In this document: positions 59,673 to 64,000 of the stretch, in pieces
Numbering within the stretch: position 1 is the first letter of the stretch
Layout: each line of letters begins with the position of its first letter
From: Candidatus Latescibacterota bacterium
GTDB taxonomy: Bacteria > Latescibacterota > UBA2968
Assembly: GCA_965208125.1 (NCBI GenBank)
Contig: OZ242320.1
Coordinates: 1,952,001-2,016,000 of the forward strand
DNA: 64,000 nt
Direction: 5' to 3'
Program-made: the position numbers and the translations under genes
The notes under the pieces: model-generated
Databases searched by the model: none
Told to the model about the DNA's origin: nothing
Seen by the model: the letters and a program-made list of their open reading frames with translations, nothing else

Positions 59673-62656
59673 ATCCCCATCCAGCGGTTCAGGCTGTCCA
59701 GTAAGGGCGCGAAGTCGGAATCGTCGCCCATCTCTTCGCGCGCGGCGGCGAGGACGTTGGCGTCCAGGCGCTCTTTGCTGCAGACGCGGTTGTAGATGCA
59801 GTAGTCGCATTCCTGGGATTTTTGTATGTGAAAAAAGCCACCGTTCTCTACCAGTTCGAGCAAGGGGCGCAACACATTGGCGAGTGTTTCGGGTACTGGT
59901 GGTGTTTCTGCAAGCCGACGCCCGTGTTCTCTGTCGCCGGGAAAGACGTAGCCGGATAATTGTACGCGGCCAGGTTCCTGTTGTTGTCTTAAGATCGAAT
60001 TCAGGGCATAGGCGTACAGTGCCCATTGCAAATGCGTGCCGCGTTTGAGCAGGTCCTGTTCGTCGTATTGCGCCATGGATCCGGTTTTGTAATCCCAAAT
60101 TGCAAAGTTGTCTTCGATTCGATCTACGCGGTCAATGCGCCCGCGGATGCGAATCGCGACATCTTCTGCGAGTTCGAGTGTCACAGGGGGTTCGCAATTC
60201 AGCCCGCCCGATTCGCCAAATCCGAAGCTTACTTCAAATCCGATTGGGTCGGCGTTTTTTTGGTCGGATTCGACGGATAGAAATACTTCCGCAGCTTGCG
60301 ATAGGCGTTTGACATCGGCGCGATACGCTGCTTCGTGTTCAACGGGATGGGTTTCTTTTTTGGCTTCTATTTCTCGTTCCAGAAGTTCGCGAATTAGTAT
60401 TCCGTGTTGTTCGCGGTCGGGGCGTTCGCCTCGCGCTTTCAGGAGTTGCAGGAATTTGTGAAATAAGCTGTGTAACAGAGCGCCATAAGACAGGGGGTCG
60501 AGCCATCGCGTGGGGTCGGTTTCGGCTTTTTCTATGGGTTGTATTTCGAGTACATAGTTCAAAAAATACCGGTATGGACATCGGGCGAGCATTTCCAGTT
60601 TTGAGGGTGAAAATATGCGGTGCTGTGCGGTAATCGCCAATTCGGGTGTGGGTGCGCCCAGCCATCCATCGTAGGTCGTCAATCCGCTCCATTCACGCGC
60701 GCGGCGCGCCTTTTGTCCAGAGACCAGGTAGGGGTATGTCCGATGCACAATGGACTCGTAATCGGCTGAGGGGTAATGTGCGAGCAATGCTTCTGCGTCA
60801 TCCAGCGCCTGTGTAGAGTTTTCGGGTAAAGTGGGTACAAGTACAGGGTTGATGTTCATCTGTTCGGCTGCTTGCTGAAAGAGTGCGGCGGGATAGCGCT
60901 CCCGGCTGTCGGATAGGCTTCGATGGCAGGACAATAATGTCACTTTGCTATATGCCATGCCCAGTACGCGGATGAGGTGCCACACTTGCTCGGCGGGTCG
61001 CGTACGGCGCAGTTCCAATTCACCGGATACGTCCGAGCGCTCGCCATCTAATAATATTGGGTCTTCTGTTGCGCCACCAGGGAAGGTGGCTTCGTCCATG
61101 CCCGTGATGTAAATATGTGCGCGATTGGTGTATCCCGCGCGTGCAAGTGGGGCTATTGCCAGATGCCCGGGTTTGGCTGCTTGGGCTTTGAAAGAGAGGT
61201 TGGCGATCAGTTCAGATAGGCGGTTTGCCAGTCGGCGTACAGGCGCTTTGCGGTGTACTGATTGAGCCACGTGGTGCAGGCGATCTCGGATCGCGGTGAG
61301 GACCTCATCTTCGGCGTTTGCAAAGTGCGCGAGAAATTGCAAGCCCGCATTGACCAATGCGTCGAGCGATACACGGGGTCCTCTGGGGATGAGATCGAAT
61401 AAGCGTTTGAGTTCTTCTTCAACAGTTTCGATTTCCCCAGGTGTTAATCCGCGATGGTCGGTTTCCGAGTTTTCGGTGTCTCTGTGGCGCATGTTGGCTT
61501 TTATCTGGTTCAGGGCAGTAAAATAACGCCGAGGACCTTCGCCCTCGCCAATATGCGCGTGTTGGAGGACGGTTGCAATTACAGGTGCGCCTTCAGAGGC
61601 GATCAGGCCCGCGCGGCACATCATTACGAGTTCGTCCGCGGGGTATCCCGCGCCTACCCACCGGTAGAAGTTCACCAGTGCGCGACCGGTTCGGGTTGTC
61701 GAGATTGGTATGCCTTCGGCATAAGTGGCGGGCAGCCCATATCGCTGAACCGCATCGCACAACAGGCTCACATAAGGCATTTCTGAGGTGTAGGCGATTT
61801 CGACGGTATCCAGGGGTATGGTTCCCGATCTTATGTCGCGCAATACGGTGCTGATTTCTGTTTCGGTGCCGAGGGTTTCGCACAGTTGAATTTGAGATTT
61901 GTCTCTGGGTTTCAAGCCGGATATGAATATGTTTCCGCCCGTTCCGATTTTGCCCGTGGTATCGGGATAGGGCACGTTGGGAAAGCGTTTTGCTGCGCTG
62001 TGTGGCGGGGGCGATACACCCATAATATCTCGCCCGATGCGGCAGATATAACTCTGTGTTTTTTTACTTAGATATTCGAATGCCAGTGCAGGTAATGGGG
62101 TTTCGTCCAGGATGGCATAGTGTGTGTTTTGTGAAGGTGTTAGATGGTTCAATGCACGTCGATACAATACGGCGTTATCGTAGAGGTTATCTCTTTCAAA
62201 TGTCGCGCAATACGTCTGGTAAAGTCGCCGTAATACCCGATGCCGCGTGCCCTTCACAGAAAGGGTATCGGGTTCCAGTTCCAAACCCGCTGCACGCAGG
62301 ACGCGCAATGTGCGCAGAAAAGGTCGCGCGAGCGCGGAGGCCTGTTGTGCGAAGTACTCATCATTGACTTCACTTACAGCTTGGGGAATCATTTCATCCA
62401 GCCAGAATAAGTCCGCGTCTTGCGCCATGCGCGAATACCCTTCTGCGATGAGATGGGCACCCGCATCTTTTTCCGCGAGGCTGCGCGGGGTTTCGATTTG
62501 CAAGTTCAGCCACGAATATCCCGTTGCCGCAAGTGCGAGTGCCAGATCGTGCCCTGTGGTCATGGTGGGGACGATCAGGACTTTTGCGTCGATTGGATGC
62601 GCGTCACAAAATGCTTTCAGTTGTGCGAGGTGGTATTGCATGGGATTATTCCTCAC
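59669..62656 (-). CDS. AddB-like PD-(D/E)XK nuclease with Fe-S cysteines
   Basis: RCPY, GRIDRVD, WDYKTG, Q..LY, CDYCIYNRVC. Confidence 0.85.
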   Translation of the reverse strand: MRNNPMQYHLAQLKAFCDAHPIDAKVLIVPTMTTGHDLALALAATGYSWLNLQIETPRSLAEKDAGAHLIAEGYSRMAQDADLFWLDEMIPQAVSEVNDEYFAQQASALARPFLRTLRVLRAAGLELEPDTLSVKGTRHRVLRRLYQTYCATFERDNLYDNAVLYRRALNHLTPSQNTHYAILDETPLPALAFEYLSKKTQSYICRIGRDIMGVSPPPHSAAKRFPNVPYPDTTGKIGTGGNIFISGLKPRDKSQIQLCETLGTETEISTVLRDIRSGTIPLDTVEIAYTSEMPYVSLLCDAVQRYGLPATYAEGIPISTTRTGRALVNFYRWVGAGYPADELVMMCRAGLIASEGAPVIATVLQHAHIGEGEGPRRYFTALNQIKANMRHRDTENSETDHRGLTPGEIETVEEELKRLFDLIPRGPRVSLDALVNAGLQFLAHFANAEDEVLTAIRDRLHHVAQSVHRKAPVRRLANRLSELIANLSFKAQAAKPGHLAIAPLARAGYTNRAHIYITGMDEATFPGGATEDPILLDGERSDVSGELELRRTRPAEQVWHLIRVLGMAYSKVTLLSCHRSLSDSRERYPAALFQQAAEQMNINPVLVPTLPENSTQALDDAEALLAHYPSADYESIVHRTYPYLVSGQKARRAREWSGLTTYDGWLGAPTPELAITAQHRIFSPSKLEMLARCPYRYFLNYVLEIQPIEKAETDPTRWLDPLSYGALLHSLFHKFLQLLKARGERPDREQHGILIRELLEREIEAKKETHPVEHEAAYRADVKRLSQAAEVFLSVESDQKNADPIGFEVSFGFGESGGLNCEPPVTLELAEDVAIRIRGRIDRVDRIEDNFAIWDYKTGSMAQYDEQDLLKRGTHLQWALYAYALNSILRQQQEPGRVQLSGYVFPGDREHGRRLAETPPVPETLANVLRPLLELVENGGFFHIQKSQECDYCIYNRVCSKERLDANVLAAAREEMGDDSDFAPLLDSLNRWMGI

Positions 62657-64000
62657 TCATATCTCAATGTCTCGACGGGATTTGTTCGGGCGGCTTTCCA
62701 CGCCTGTGTGCTTACGGTTAATAGCGCGATTCCCAATGTCAAGAAGCTTCCCAGGACGAATGGGGTTGCGCTGAGTTCGATCCGATAGGCAAAATGCTGC
62801 AACCATCGATCCATCGCCAGATAAATAATTGGATAGGCGATCAGATTTGCTATTCCGACGAGTATGATAAAGTCTCTGCACAGGAGTATTACGAGATTCC
62901 AGACGGATGCGCCCATTGTTTTGCGTATGCCTATTTCTTTTGTGCGCTGTTCTGCGGTGAAGGCTGCCAGACCCAGTAGTCCCAGACACGCGACAAAGAT
63001 CGCGATGACAAATGCCGCGGTGAATATTTGTCCCGTGCGCTGGTCGTCCCGATACCAGCGTTCCAACTGGTCGGACGCAAAGGCGATTTCGGGCGAGCGG
63101 GTGGGGAGAAATTGCGACCAGGTACGTTGTAGAAATGCCATTGTTTCGGGGGAAGGTCGAATCCGCATGGAGAGGTGGCTGAGGCGATACCACGCGGCTG
63201 TGATGACCAGCGGTTCGATGGTTTCGTAGAGGGGTCGATAGTGAAAGTCTTTGACCACGCCGATTACATGTCCTTTCCGAACGTGTGAGTTCAGTATTTT
63301 TCCTATGGGGTCTGTCCAGCCAAATACTTTTACTGCGGTTTCGTTCAGGACGAATAATTCGCCGGGTTTGCCGCGTCTTTCCCACGCGCGTTCTGCGTAC
63401 GTGCGGTCGTAATTTCGCCCGGACAGCAGGGGAATGTCGTAGCAGTCTATAAATGCCTCGTCTGCGCCAAATACCCGCACTTCAACGCCCCGGTCCGGGT
63501 CGCCTTCTGGGAAGAACCACTCGCGATTAGGCCAGCTGTTTCCCGGCAAATGCGATGTTGCCGATACGGTTGAGATATTCGGGTGTTGTGCAAATGCGTC
63601 TTTTATCTGAAGATACCGCTTTTGCAACTGTCCGCCATCGCTCTGATATCGGTCTTGCCGGAAGATTGAGGCGACGACGACTTCATCTTTGTTAAATCCC
63701 AGGTCTTTTTCTCGGATCAATCGCATCTGATTGGCTACAATGATGGTTCCTATGATTAATATAATTGAAATGACAAATTGCAGTACGACGAGTCCTTTTC
63801 GCACGCTGGCCTGAGCTGATCCGGCTTTGATTGCTCCGCCTTTCAATACGGTTGCGGGTTCGAATGCAGAGAGGTAGAGTGCGGGATAACTTCCGGATAA
63901 TAGCCCGACGAAGAGGGTGATTCCCAGGATCCAGAGGGTCAATCCGCTGTCTATAGTCAGGTTTTCCTGCACAAATGCGCTGAATGGAGGTAGTGCGAGA
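62653..64000 (-). CDS. ABC transporter permease (FtsX/MacB-like), 5'-partial
   Basis: SGSYPALYLS, LVVLQF, RTKEIGIRK, NPVETLRYE. Confidence 0.9.
   Translation of the reverse strand, partial: LALPPFSAFVQENLTIDSGLTLWILGITLFVGLLSGSYPALYLSAFEPATVLKGGAIKAGSAQASVRKGLVVLQFVISIILIIGTIIVANQMRLIREKDLGFNKDEVVVASIFRQDRYQSDGGQLQKRYLQIKDAFAQHPNISTVSATSHLPGNSWPNREWFFPEGDPDRGVEVRVFGADEAFIDCYDIPLLSGRNYDRTYAERAWERRGKPGELFVLNETAVKVFGWTDPIGKILNSHVRKGHVIGVVKDFHYRPLYETIEPLVITAAWYRLSHLSMRIRPSPETMAFLQRTWSQFLPTRSPEIAFASDQLERWYRDDQRTGQIFTAAFVIAIFVACLGLLGLAAFTAEQRTKEIGIRKTMGASVWNLVILLCRDFIILVGIANLIAYPIIYLAMDRWLQHFAYRIELSATPFVLGSFLTLGIALLTVSTQAWKAARTNPVETLRYE

Noticed and set aside
59673-60098. 142-aa N-terminal extension of AddA in the ORF track
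   Set aside because: Overlaps addB in another frame; ATGA coupling at 59669-59672 marks the likely true start

Overview
Chromosomal replication-origin region of a bacterium that looks like a marine-sponge symbiont (inferred from the sup PKS and six sulfatase-fold genes). The left end holds the 3' part of a sup-type locus: supA PKS, supB ACP and a supE-like permease. Carbohydrate and sulfate catabolic genes follow, then the core block rsmG-mnmE-yidC-rnpA-rpmH / dnaA-oriC with two parS sites. A displaced, oppositely oriented dnaN-recF-dciA-gyrB-gyrA block and addAB lie further right. The most unusual signals are: (1) an integrase-free insertion hotspot at the 3' end of nupC, with three near-synonymous copies of the gene end, a repeated promoter in front of different cargo, and 'hollow' genes reduced to their two ends; (2) a similar allele-duplication scar at an SDR-cupin locus and a foreign domain fused to tmk; (3) a GyrA C-gate-like module inserted in the periplasmic protease CtpA; (4) two sulfatase-fold enzymes with Thr at the nucleophile position; (5) a second DnaA-box/IHF cluster about 10 kb from oriC; (6) an NCS2 permease fused to a degenerate RsbW-like domain. 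All family assignments come from motif recognition by eye; no searches were run.
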